Below are positions 48,541 through 61,322 of a stretch of 64,000 nucleotides of DNA, piece by piece. Below the pieces are notes generated by a model. The model ran no database searches and was not told where the DNA came from. It saw nothing but the letters and a program-made list of their open reading frames with translations. The first letter of the stretch is position 1. The number at the start of each line of letters is the position of its first letter. A program made the position numbers and the translations under genes. The DNA is taken from contig NIVC01002552.1 in the NCBI GenBank assembly GCA_002269645.1, positions 72,435-136,434 of the forward strand, written 5' to 3'. The stretch is from Macrostomum lignano (lineage: Eukaryota).

Positions 48541-50853
48541 AATTAAAAGATATGGGGTAAGACTGCAGGGCAGATAGAGATTATACCACATAGTCAGATA
48601 CTTTAACCAACGTTCTGCAATGCCGCTTCTACTTTCAAACTCAATTGGAATCCCCTTCTACTCGTCTATTTCACTCCAAAAAAATTATTTGTTCAAAATG
48701 AGGTCTCAGCTGGACTTGCGGTCAGCCGCCGCTCCGAACAAATCCAGCAGCCTCGCCGCCGAAGAGCCGGCAGCGGCCAATCGCGACGTCGAAGGCGACC
48801 GCTGCGTGCGGGAAGTGTAGCAGTGGCCGGCGATGGGCCAGCGACCAATAAATTGGCGTGCACAGCAGAGATGAGCCAAGCCAACATGACACTGGTAGGT
48901 ATCATGCTGCCTTTGGTTGGAAAAGAGTTTGCGCGTCCGCTTTTGAGAAAAAATATTTTAACGTAGCTGCCCTGAAACTTGTTGGATCTGACAATTTCCA
49001 GTCAGACCAGACCTGGGCACCTCCAATCAGACCAGAACTAAGCACTCCCATTTAGATACACGCAACTACAAGTAGACACACAAAGCCAATGAATATTTTT
49101 CATTAAAACTGAATTTCTATCTGTCAAAACTCGTGTCTAACCTGCTGTGAGCTTGAGTGCTTTTTCTAAATCGCTAACTATCTCGTGCGAACGAGTTCAA
49201 CTGGATTCGACAGGCTGCTGGCAAGAGGCCCACAGAGCCTCTGATTTCGCAGGGCTCCGGCTGCTTTTTGAGCACATTTTTGCATCCACCGCAGGTTCAA
49301 CTGCTGACAGGTCGGATTTTATTGCTTATTTAATTTGAACAAAATTCCTCCTTCACGTACGTAGAAGTAGCCTCAAGTGCTTTTGTAGTCATGCTGGTTT
49401 CAATTCCGCTTTGACATTTTTGCGCAGGTTCAAGTGCAAGGAAGGTGATCGCAGGAAGCTCACGTGGAGTTGGTCCTGGGCGTCCTCAGGGAAATACCTG
49501 CTGCACGCTGAAGTAGTGACTGAGCAGCTGCAGCTCAGTTGATTGGAAAATCTCGAAATTTCATTTCCTTTGATACTACTTTCGATGGGGCGTCTCGTCA
49601 GAGTTTTTCGCATTAATTTGTGCATCGCATTACATTGGTAGCAAGTTTGACGTCTCAATCGCAAGATATGATAGCCCCTTGCAATGAGTACTGCCCCGGA
49701 GATGAAATTTGGCTGGAAGCGGAGCTGCTCTTCTTGCTCTATGAATGGCGAGTGGCCCAGCGGGGCTTAAGTTACATATGTAGCGATATGTTGCCAAGTT
49801 ACATGGAGCTAACAGAGTTTTTTCGTCATCATGTACACTTGAGAGTCCATTCCATTGCATATGGATGTTTAGGAGATATCACACTCACTGCACCAGCACC
49901 TACATTTACATAAGTTGCTATTAGTGCATGATATATGCTTGAAATATTCCTGCATCAATGAATATAGTTAAGGTTAGGATAGGCGAAATTTGATGCATTT
50001 TGTGGCTAGCAAGAGTTGATGCAAGCTTGTACAGCTGCGTACTAACCAAGACCTACTGTGCTTAACTGGAAGCGCTTGACGGGCAATGCGCTAAGCTTAG
50101 TGGGCGGTTCTCAGTGCCATTGTGCAACAAGTTTTGCCAGCCCCGTTCCGCAGTGCCGAAAAGTTGATTGCGCACGGGCACTGAAACTGCAAAGCTGAAC
50201 GGCGGGAGGCGTCAAGCCATTTTAGTTGTGCGTAATTTGAATTTATATGCAAATTAGAGCGGCAGATCGGGGGGGGGGGTTGGAGGAATTCGAAGGGGGC
50301 AGAGGCGGAACCAGTTGGTCTGGGGATGCTCAGATCTGCGCAAGGACACGAGAGCTGGACGCGAGCATGAGCGGGGTGGACAGAGCAGAGACAAAAGCAT
50401 GCACTACTGGGCAAAGGAGCTGAGGGAATGCGATGCGGTGTCCTGGGACTGGAGGCCATGGGAATCGAGGGTAGGTCTGCCTTACTGCAGATTCATCGTC
50501 AACTACCAAGCAGAGCGACAGTCAATCAATTCGAATATTGTGAATCTATTCTTAGTGTTAAATTTAAATAACTTCAAAAGAGGAAAAGTCTGTGGACATT
50601 ACACAAAGCTACGCGCCTCTGCATTGTAGCTCATTTCTGCCGTCTGCAGCCCATCCATATTAGTGTTATAGTTAGCGGGGCCCTTTGAGACTGTCTATGG
50701 TAAAATCCCATTTACTTCTGGCATCTACTTCTGGCAAAGTCAGAAGACAGCGGGGTCAAGGGGGCGCTAAGCACGCCAGCACTCTAGAAAAAGAAAGAAA
50801 GAAATCTAAGAAATTGTCTATGGCCAAAACTCCTTATTTTGTGAGTCGAAAAA

Positions 50854-51583
50854 TATAGAATTTTGCAGCCCATTTGGGCTTACGCGCTTTTAATTTAATC
50901 CAAGATACGTTTGCCAATGTAACAGAGCTTTTGTCTATGGTAGCAAGGCTGGCGCAGCGGCATTTAATTTGGTCCAAACACTCGTGAGCCATTGGACAAA
51001 CTCTTGCCTTCTCTCAACCGTCTGCAGGTTGTTGCGCACCGCTGGAATGTCAGCGTCTCTACCAGCAATTTTCAGTTGCTTTCCCAGAGCTCTGCTGATA
51101 GTCAAAATCTGATAACCAACTAGAACTGTTCCCTCAACTTCTGCTGCATTTCGGCAACGTCAACAAAGGGTTCGTCTCCACTGCATCGAGTAGCAGTTGG
51201 ACCTGAGGCTCTCGAGCAACTTTCCTTGGCGATTGCCACCCTTTCGCAGGCAATCTCTGCCGGCAGAGTTTCAAGGCGCTGCTGGATGCTGTAAACCACC
51301 TTTTCTTTTACATTCAGCAACCTTGCAATGTCCTTTGGGTGTTCACCTCCGTCGAGTGCTTCGATCACAAGCCAATGACATTCGTTCAACAGCCTAGCAT
51401 ATGGTCCACAATTCTGGGACTGAGCTGCAAATGAACTAAATGGACCAAATTGATGCTTGTTGGACCAAATTAAATGCCGCTGTGCCAGCCTTGCTACCAT
51501 AGACAAAAGCTCCATTACTTTGACAAACACATCTTGGATTAAATTCAATGCGCGTAAGCCCAAATGGGCTGCAAAAAGCTATA
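50854..51583 (-). mobile_element. Internally deleted Tc1-like element, ~125-bp imperfect TIRs, TA ends
   Basis: TATAGAATTTTGCAGCCCATTTGGGCTTACGCGC... versus ...GCGCGTAAGCCCAAATGGGCTGCAAAAAGCTATA. Internal HTH-like remnant VIEALDGGEHPKDIARLLNVKEKVVYSIQQRL. Confidence 0.78.
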
Positions 51584-53435
51584 GTAACTGATAATAAGCA
51601 ACAGTATGCTGTTGTCTATGGTACTAAGCTTTACTTTAGAAATATACAAGTTGTAAATACATTAACTAAGTATTGAATACCATCGACCAAAGATTTCTGG
51701 AGATTCTGATTTATCAAACAGGCCAAAAAGAGAAGAGACCAATACTATCCGGGTGACTTCTTGAGATTTTCAAACTTTTTGTCTAAATAGAAACTGTAAG
51801 TGATGTAATAAAATTGGAATGAAGAAATTGCACATTGAAATGTCTATAATTGCATTCTCAATTTATGTGGCGTTGCCTATTCTCACATTTGGGTACTTAA
51901 GAGCTTGCCGCATGCCCATTGAAAATTCATTGAAAACTGCTCAAAACCTCAAACTTACTACTGCCCTTACAAAGCTATCATTTTGGTCATCGTGAAATTT
52001 TAATCGAAATCAACTGCTCATCAAGGCTCTCACTCAATCACTGACGCCTCATTGAAGCTGTTCACGGTGATTTCAAGATCCGAGCTCCTGCGCATTTAAG
52101 CCGGTTCTATTCTGAGGCACCTATTGAGCAGCTATAGCTGGCTTCAGAGCAGTGTCTAGACACTTAAAGTCGAGGAGCGCGGAAGAGTACAAAGAAATGA
52201 GACGCGGCAGCCGGCCGGAGCAGCCGTCATAAACTCCCCCCCACCCCAACCCCTGCAACAGAAAGCAGAAAATTTGCGCGCGGATCAGCGCAACTGACAG
52301 GACTCGAGTGGCCGCGCGACCAGAGAGTCGAGTGGAGGGTCGGAGTTCACGGCCGGGAGCGCGGTCAGGCTAGAGAGGGGCGATCTGGCTCGCGTCTTGG
52401 GCGCTAATCCTGGCCCGCTTACTGCCCACTGCTGGCAGGACTTCCAGTATCGGAGAAGCTAGAATGCTGACACTGGTCTGGGCAATAAAGCCAAGCAGCG
52501 GGCAATAAAAGCACAGACAGACAGCGCGACAGCCAGAATTAGGCTGCAGTTATCAGCAAAATTGTCAATTCTGTACAATTGCAAATGTCAACCAACTCTG
52601 CTATATTTGGTTCGCTGATTAACGCACGATTGGTCCGCAATAAAGATCGTTTACTGTACACGCGGTTTCCATAAGCAAAGACAGTAGAAAAATTGCGGAT
52701 AAAAAACGGGATATTTTGATATTGCAATTATCAGCGGGACGGTCTGAAGCGGAGGGGCTTTACCAATTAGGAACATCAGACATAAGTGCCATTTCCATTT
52801 ACAGAGTGCTTACTGGCAGTCCATGACCTTGAAATAAAAATTCAATAGCTATATATTAATAGATATTTTATTAACTGAATTGCCGGCAATGCAATTTGGC
52901 AAAATCGACATTGTCAGTGCCGAATTCCATCACTAATTCGGGCATTTTACCATTGAAGATTCACGAGTTACGAAGCATTTTGTCAGTAGTCACAGTCACA
53001 ATCACAATTATTGTCAATCACAAAAACGTTTGCGATACTGCCGTATTCTACGGTTATCCCGAACCAAAACATTTTCAGAGAATCTGCATGCATCTTTTTG
53101 GGTATCTTTTCTATATTCTTCAGTTTTAGGAGTGTCACTTCTACATAACAGCCCTCATACTTTGATCTAACTATGGTATCCAATAACGGGTGTCACAAAA
53201 AAATCTTATCATTTCAATCGACTCCTGCTTGCTCACGAAAAAAAACAGAAATAAATGTTCGGACACCGACAAATGGAGAGCATAGTTCGGTCATCGCTAG
53301 AGATCAGGGCCTAAGAGTCGATTGAAATGGCAAATGAAGCCGCAACCAACTGATGGCATTCAATCTCGCCTCAGCAGCTACGGACACGGAAGGCACAAGG
53401 TCGGAACGCACAAGGCCAGGAGTCTCTGCACGGTC

Positions 53436-56400
53436 TCACCGCGACACCGCTAGACAGTCTGCTTCGTTTGTCACTGCGCTGTTCGTAATTGCCTGGTGCG
53501 ACCTCGGTATGAGGACGACCACAGAGGAGACGATGCACAGCACGTAGGCAGTGAAGAACAGGCGGTCCAGCACGATGGCCAGGGTGCGCCACTCCATGCA
53601 GGCCAGGTTGCGCTTGTCCCGCTCCTTCAGCCGGCCGACGTGCGCCTTGAGAAACTGCCGGATCTCCCGCACCTCTCGCTCGACACAGCCACACGGGAGC
53701 AACGGCGAGTCGCGCTCGGCCTCGCCCGGCGGGCTTCCAGCCGGTGCCGGCGGGCCTTGCGAGCGGCTGCGGCGGCCGTCGAAACCGGAGAAGCAGCTGA
53801 GGACGTTGGCAGCCGCTCGGACAACAACTTCCGAGTGGCCGGCTTCAATGGAACCGCTTGACGGACGAGGAACAGCCGGCCGAGGCCCTCGAGGATGAGC
53901 AGCCGCAGCACGGGACTCATGCGGCCCCTTCTGTCTGCTCGCATGTACAGGTTCAGCACAATGGCAGCTAGAAAGGTGCTCAGCGTGATCATCACCATGT
54001 TGAGCCCATAGAAGTAGCCGATCTTAGGAAAAGTGCCACTGCACTGGGGGTGGTCTTGGCCAGCAGAATCATGAGGATAAAGAAGGCCACGAAGATGTTC
54101 ATTCCGAGTAGCATCTTTGCTGGCGACTCGGGTGGCAGCCAGAAAATGACCCAGGTAAGACAGGACATGAGGATGCAGGGAAGCACCAGAATGGACAAGT
54201 AGAAATCCGGGTTTCTATGAATGCGTATTTTAAACACCAAGCGCTGGAAAACTTGACTGTGCGAGCGGCCGTCCGGGCCCTTGAAGGTGATGTTTTTGCA
54301 CTCCATCCGGGAGCGGATCTGGCGTCGCCGCTCCGACGGCCGGATTCGAAAGTCGTCCTGGCCATCGGTGATCCACTCGGGACTCTTGATGTAGTTTGTG
54401 AAATCGATGTAGGGGTTCGGCTCGTACACATTCGGCTCGTACTGCAATGGAATTTGAGTTGCATTTGTTCATATCCAGAGTACGCGAATAGCTGTGATTT
54501 TTTTACAGTAACAAAGACAAGGAACTTGGGGGAACTGATGGGGTTGCACAGGCTCTAAAGTTCATATCGTTACAGGCATTGTCAAGTCAAGCCCAGTCCA
54601 TCAGCAAGTGACTGCCTTTCAAGCCTGGAAAAGTTTCGAGCTTGATAAATGCTGATAGAAATATCAACCATGCATAGTGAGCCAAAGTATCCGATTATGG
54701 TGAAATGACACTCCTGAACACTTTGCTACGAACAATTCAATTCGAAAGACTCGCAGGCATGGGTGCCCCTGGCCTGGCCTACAGCTGCGGGCAAGCGGAA
54801 CATTTTCCTGTAAACACATGCTTGCGGAGACTTTGCAGTCCCCAAATCTCAGGAAAGTGTCTCGGAGAGCAAGCTGCCCTCTGTGCACGAAGATGGGGCG
54901 CTGGAGAGGTCTGGGGGGCAGCTGCGGCTTCCGCTGCTGTGATCACAGAGCTGCCCAGATGAAGGGGATGAAGGCAAAACTCAATTTTCAGTTTTCCATG
55001 CGCCAGAAACTGCAGGGTGGGGCATCTTTTTCCTTTCCTTCGCTTTCACTCTCTAGCAATCTGTTTTCCTCTGAAAGCAGTCTCGTGGAGCAGCCCAGGC
55101 TAAATTGTGGCCTTGCCGTTGGCGCTGCAGAGTCCGATATACAGCTGTCTTCTCTCTTTCGCTTTGGATTGGGTTTGGATTCGTCTGGCTGCATGAGTCC
55201 GAGTTTAAGCAAGGATAATACCCAGTGACTCAGCACTCAGCAGAACTCGCCGGGTAGAACTGTCAGTGACTGATTCTTCGTTGCGGAGGTCGAGGCGCAC
55301 CATTTTTTCTCAATTATTCAATAACATTCAGGCCAAACCAATAATCATTGATTTCCTCATTGCGTTCTGTGGTCAGAAAGTGGGTCATTTCCGAAATAAT
55401 TTATCGCGAAATTTCGTCAGGAAGTTTTCCCATTTTTTTTCGAGCTAAAACTGCTATCCGATGCATCGGTTGGTCAATACAATGAAGACAGAGTTTGCTG
55501 CTGTCCCTGAGACGGTCATTACGCGAATGGCAGAGATGATCGATAACTGCGCCCCATAAATCTCGTCAATGGGTAAAAATACAATGCTGGTGCCTCCATT
55601 GTAAGCTTATGATGATTTAGGATGCTGGGTCCAGAGATTCAAGCAGGAAATCCAGGTGGAAGATTAACTCAAATACTCGTCAATTTTAAAACAGGTTGAT
55701 GCTACTGGCGGAAATGCGAACCGGCGCCTGGCTCTCGCCGGTAGAAGGAGCTTGTCGAACGATTCATTCAAATTCATGAGGATCAACTCCCAATATATGG
55801 AGTTGTACAAAATATGCGCATGCCGATGAGAGAGTTTGCGCGTACGTTATATGCGTCTGTGTGTACGCGTTCAACGGACCAGTGGCTTGCGTCAGGGGGC
55901 TCTAAATTCGCCATGCAAACTGACTAACCAGCACCCCAAACATTGACCAAACCTAACTTGTAATTGCGTAATAATACTCGCATAAACGTATTCAGTAATT
56001 TGATAATAGTAGCCATATGTGGCCCGCGCAGCTCTACAATATTTATCATCCGCAGATCAGGGGATTCCGCTCCGGACTGAATTTGAGGCAGCCGCAGTAT
56101 CACAAATTGACAATTGGAGGATCGAGATGTAGGGGGCGGCTGGGCTGAGCGCCAGCCATTTATCCCGGGACAGATTTACGATGTCAACCGATCATCCGCC
56201 TGAGGGTCCACAGCGGGCCTGTCGCACTCGGGGCCGGCTTTCGGGTTGGAAGATGAGAAAATTGTATGGCCACTCGCTATGTCTGCATAAATGCGGCCCC
56301 CTATGCAGCGTGGTCGGCTGCACTGCACCAATATGGGGAACAAGTTTCGGGGGAACAGTGACAGATTCTCTCCCTGCTCCATGCGACTGTTCCTGGGTGG

Positions 56401-59333
56401 TCCGGCCTGCGAGCGACAGTCCCCGGGGGCGTTGGAGGGCCAACCTGCTAATTCTATCCGTACACAGCTGGGAAGACCTTTGGATAATGCAGTCTGGGCT
56501 GGAGCACTTCCGGGTCAGTCCCGAGCAGACATCTTGGGGTCCGCCGGGAGCGACCCAATTTGCTAATTTTACTTGTCTTCTGATTTTCAGCCACGAAGCA
56601 GCTTCTAATGATGGGGCAGCTGATTTGCGTACAATTATTGCAAAAAAATTCACATTTCTTACTGGCTCTTCTGTAAAGATTTTCACAGTTACATGGGAGC
56701 TAAAAGAGACTATAGGAACTATTTTACATAACTTTACGTAATCTTTTTAGTAGAGACAGGCAAAGTAACTTAGAAGCCTGGAATCGGAGAACTAAAGATT
56801 AACAGCATATTATTTCAAATAGTTTCGGGAGGTCACATGTCAGGCAATTCTCGGCTTGGCCAATGGCTTTGCCTGCAGAGCCTGCGGTAGATATTTTTAC
56901 CTTTAGCCCGTCTCCCCTCTACAAAAATGGCGCAATCCAAGTTAGCCCGCCCACCTTGTTGTATTGTCTGTGCGAGCTTTGCCGGTATTTTACTGGCCTT
57001 CGCGACAAGGAAGCGGCCCGAGGAATCCGGGGCTTGGATTTCCCATGCCGCCAGCCACGCACAAGTGGATCGCTTCTTACTTCCGAAGGCAAGGAAACTG
57101 GGCAGGCCCAGAGAGCCAGCGAGGCATATAATGCAGCGACTGGGTCGAGAGAGTGGGCCAGTTGGGGATCGGATAAACAGACATAATCAGAGATGGAGAG
57201 CCACTGCACCCCTGTTGCGTGCATTGTGATGTGCAGCTGGAGATTAATCACTTTCCAATAGTGTTGCGCTGATTCGGTGGGCAGCTCCTTGATCTCGGGC
57301 CCGCTCCTGTGCTGCTATCTACGGGGGGGGCAACCTTTCCCACTGGGTTCCACTTGTTGGCCAAGCGGAATCCCGCATTATTTGTTTTGACTGCAGGCCC
57401 CTCCGATCGAACACCGAATAGGCCCTATCAGTGGCTGCTGTTTCACGTGCTTTTTAGGCCATCGAGTGCGCCATCATTGAGACTCATTCTGCGATACATC
57501 TTGGCTCTCCCTGAACATTTGGACGCCAAACTCGCAAAATGGGGAGCTTTCTGCTTTTTCTTAGCACCGGATTGACCAAAACGCTCGTATCTCCCCTTTA
57601 AAACTTCTGAATTTCAAAGAAAACAATTTTTAAAATCATGTGTTTTTGTCTGAACTTAATCCGCGAGCTGAGACAAATTTAGCCCCCGAAAAATCGCAAC
57701 CTCGCTGACGATGCAATTTACTGCGCAGCAGGTCTAGTGCAATTTACAGGATTTCCAAATGGAGCATCCCATTACGAAAGAAGTTTAAATAGTTATTAAA
57801 TATAGAATATTTACTTTTGTGTGAATGCTTCTAAGGTAAATTTCTAACGCATCAGATTTAATGGTTTTCTTAGAAATTTCAGGCAAAAGATGCGACGGAG
57901 GGCTTCACAATTTTTGGCCCGGCCTTCCGCTGCAGCGAAGCCCGAACTGGGGAGGCCAGTTCCCAGGGGAATCCTTGCAGTGTGTCCGCTGCTTCGAGTC
58001 CGCGTCTTGAACTGAAGTTCTGCACAGCCTTGCGAAGAAGATGCGATGACAGGTGGTCAGGGGGACATGATTGACAAGCGCAGTAACCGCACCTGGCAAC
58101 TAACAGAACTCCATCAATCACCGTTTGCTGCTGTTTTTCTCTGCAGCTGGCTTAACTAGTTCAAAGCAAGTAATTCAATGCGGAAAAACTGGAGTTAGTA
58201 GCAGTGGTTTATAAGAGCTAGCTGTGAAATTTTTAGTTTTATAAAAGCGGTACTTTCTATGCATTTCCGCATTGAAAATTTGGTATCAAAGCCGTCTCCA
58301 TCCCAATATTTTCCAATTTTCAAATGCTATTACAAGGTTTCTCGTCATCTCAATTCCTCATAAGCACAGAAGAGTTTCAAGCCAGGAGACTTAATGCCGA
58401 CTTTGATAAGCCAAGTCCATGACTTTCCACTGTCTATTCAAAGCCTTCCTCATCGACCCGAGGTCAAGCCCTTTGAATTCTTTTGAAGCCTTTTGGAATC
58501 AGCCAGTTTCTTTTGCAGTTTGAGACCAAAAAAGAGCCAATCCCGCTAACCGGGATTCTTTGCCAATGCCTTACTGTTTTCACTTTTCATTTGTGTCGAA
58601 AATTATTTGACCGTTCATCGAATAAAGGTTCTTTTGATATTGAATGAAAGAGACAATATATATTTGTTTTCGCGCCTCTAAACTAGCGAATTTCACTTAC
58701 CTCAAATCCAAACCACGTCAAGTTAATCTGCGTCACATCGTAGGTCCACGACCCGAACTCCAGGTCGCAGGTCTGGGTGTCGAACGGGAAGTACTCGATC
58801 TCCACGGGGCAGGTGCTCTTGAACAGACTCTGCGGAACCCACAACACGCTGCCGCTGGAGTACACCACAACCCGAGCCATTCGATGCTCCTTCAGCCGCG
58901 TGTCGGCGAAGTTGAATAGCCGAATGTCCGGCGTCCACACCAGCTCGGGGTACAGGCGGAGCTGCGTGATGTTCTGGAAGTTGGTGTTGTTCCAAGAGTC
59001 CCACTCCAGCAGCGGGTCTGTCCAGGAGTAGCGCTGCCAGCAGTTGGTGCGCAGGAACTGCCGGTTCTCGTCCAGGTCCAAAATCTGAATGATGGCCAGG
59101 CCAAAGGCGACTGAAACTGTGTCGCTGGCGTTGAAGACGGGCCGCCCACGCAGGCCGGTGCTCCTGTATCGGTCAACCAGCATCTCGATCAGCAGTTTCT
59201 CATTGGACCGGTTCGCAGCTGTGCTGAATGTGTGGCTGCGGAGCTTGGGCAGTGGAACGTCACTGTGTCCAATTACCAGAGGGAGCTGAGTCCAGGTAAC
59301 TAGAGCCAATACTAAACTCAACTGAGTTGTCAT
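53436..59333 (-). CDS. Nicotinic-type Cys-loop receptor subunit, non-alpha, predicted anion (chloride)-selective. Exons: 59333-58701, 54441-53436
   Basis: Signal peptide, RPVFNASDTV, WTPDIRLFN, Cys-loop CPVEIEYFPFDTQTC, GSWTYD, M1-M2 FWLPPESPAKMLLGMNIFVAFF, M3 IGYFYGLNMVMITLSTFL, M4 EWRTLAIVLDRLFF. Exon 2 is 1006 nt (1008 needed), implying two missing bases (~54030-54050 and ~53760). Confidence 0.92.
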
Positions 59334-61322
59334 CTTGTTGATCTCTGCAAACTGGATTAAGCAACGTTTTTAGCTCGATTTCAACGTGCTGCTTCTGAAC
59401 TCGCGCCCTCGCGAATCCAACAACCCTTTGCTTTTCCTTCTTTGGACTCTTTTTCGTTCCTTCACTTCTGCCTTGGTCCAATTTTTCCTATTGCAGAGAT
59501 CCTGAATGCAGGCCCGAATGACTGTTTTTGCAGCTATAAATGTTAACGATAGCCCCAGAGAGGAGGGCGGCCAAGCTGATTGGCGCTTGCCAGTAGAGTG
59601 GGAACTCGGACTGGGATCGGCTGGGGTTCTTCGGCCGGCCAATCATGCAGGATCGCGAACGTTTTCCTCAGCTGCGTGTTGTTGCTCCCTACTAGCTGCG
59701 CCAGGTCTATTGCTATATTATCAACGCTAAGGCCTCTGCAAGAATCAGTTTAGTCAGGACCATGGAGTCCTAAGGAGAGATTCAGGACCAGGAGGCTCAC
59801 TAATTTTTCGAATTTTAAACAATTCAGACCCTGGAATGTTGAAACGTACGCTCGTAGTTAATCTAAGAATTTATTTTAAAGCTGAATAAACCAATCAAAA
59901 CCCACAAAAAGGAAATAAGGAAAGTCATTACTTAGTTAGTTATTAGTAATATACTAAGAAATGCTGCGTAAATCACCCTATAAATTTGTTTTATTTGCTG
60001 TAGGCATAAAGTTGTAGCTCTACCACTGCAAGGGCTCGGAGCTGCAGTCCAGATTTCTAGCTTGAGGTGTCCATGGTCAGGAGAGGTTGATCTAAGCCTC
60101 AAACTCAGCAGAAAATTGTCGCGCACTGACTCCATAGTATATCTAGGGATTACACGGGCAAAATGTTTGCGCCCCGCGGACTGAACCCGTGGCGTAGCGC
60201 CTCATCCATCTCTCTCTGCGACACATCAAATGTCAGAGAGCTTCCCAAGTGCCGACAAGGATGTTAGATCCTTATCTGTCTGCGTAAAACTGCTAGCTCT
60301 GCGTCGCTTCTGCCGATAAGCCCTGCCAGGCTGGCGGATTTCTCGTTCGCACTTCGAAGGGTTTTCTCGTGTTTTTATCGTGTTCTATTCGTGTTCTACT
60401 TGAATGCGTCAAGGCTTAACCAGGGAATACCAGGTCCTAACCAAGTCCACTTGTAGCGGCTCTTAAATGACCAAAAGGCGACCTTTCGGTTTACTTTTAT
60501 ATGCGTCAAAGTACCGACCGGCATTGAAGCAATCAAAATTGTACATGTAGCTTAGACAGCTACTCTAGCGTCCATATGAATTCAGCTCGATATGAACGAA
60601 TAGAAGGACAATGGTGTTTTAAAAGACACTTGAATACAGAAATTTTCTATGGATGGAGATGGAGAAGATAGAGATGTGGATGGAGACTAAAGGTATGAAG
60701 CCACGAGTAAATTGTTCCGGACCAAATTGACTATGACCAGGTTCCTTTAGGTCCTTGCCTGGTGCTGTTAGGATTTCGATAGTCGAATTTTCTGAAAGTC
60801 TGGAGCTTCAGGAGCTTATAAGTTGACATCCGCTTATCGAATGTGAACTTTTTACGAACTGATTGAATCGAAACTCAAAAGTTGTTCTGTCGTGTCCACC
60901 AACCGTCTGTGTCTCCGGTTGAGACGCTATTCAAAGTGACAAAATATTCTCGTGAAGAAACCTGGCTTGAGCTGCTTAGCAAATATTTGACATCGGAAAA
61001 TCTTTCATGGGGGCCCAGGGGAAATCAAGTCTGCTGCATCTCGGGCCTAAAATCAGTCAGTTTTAGACGCAGCTTTCTGCACAAACGAAGTCCAGATGTG
61101 AAAGCATGGGCACTCTCAGTAGTTCTGATTCACTCCGAGCCTCCCTGCGAGACTCAAGGATGCGCAAACTATCGTGTATTCAGTGATTAAAAATAAAATT
61201 AGGGAGCGAAAGCAAAAAATGGTCACAAATCACCCGATTAGTGTTACTCCACCAAATTAAATTGAAACGCTGGTTCAGGTTTATAATTTTATAGTTAGCA
61301 TCGTGCTCAATTAGCTTTCAAC

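Noticed and set aside
48690-48905. GC-rich island; minus-strand ORF with a signal-like start and basic clusters (neuropeptide- or PAN-like)
   Set aside because: No coherent domain in one frame and no supporting splice structure; it needs RNA evidence.
51740-53200. Isolated mariner-like terminal motifs (e.g. TAACGGGTGTCACAAAAAAA at ~53183)
   Set aside because: No matching partner TIR or transposase could be paired by eye.
55250-58100. Several 60-190-aa ORFs in the large receptor intron
   Set aside because: No recognisable motifs; probably decayed repeats.
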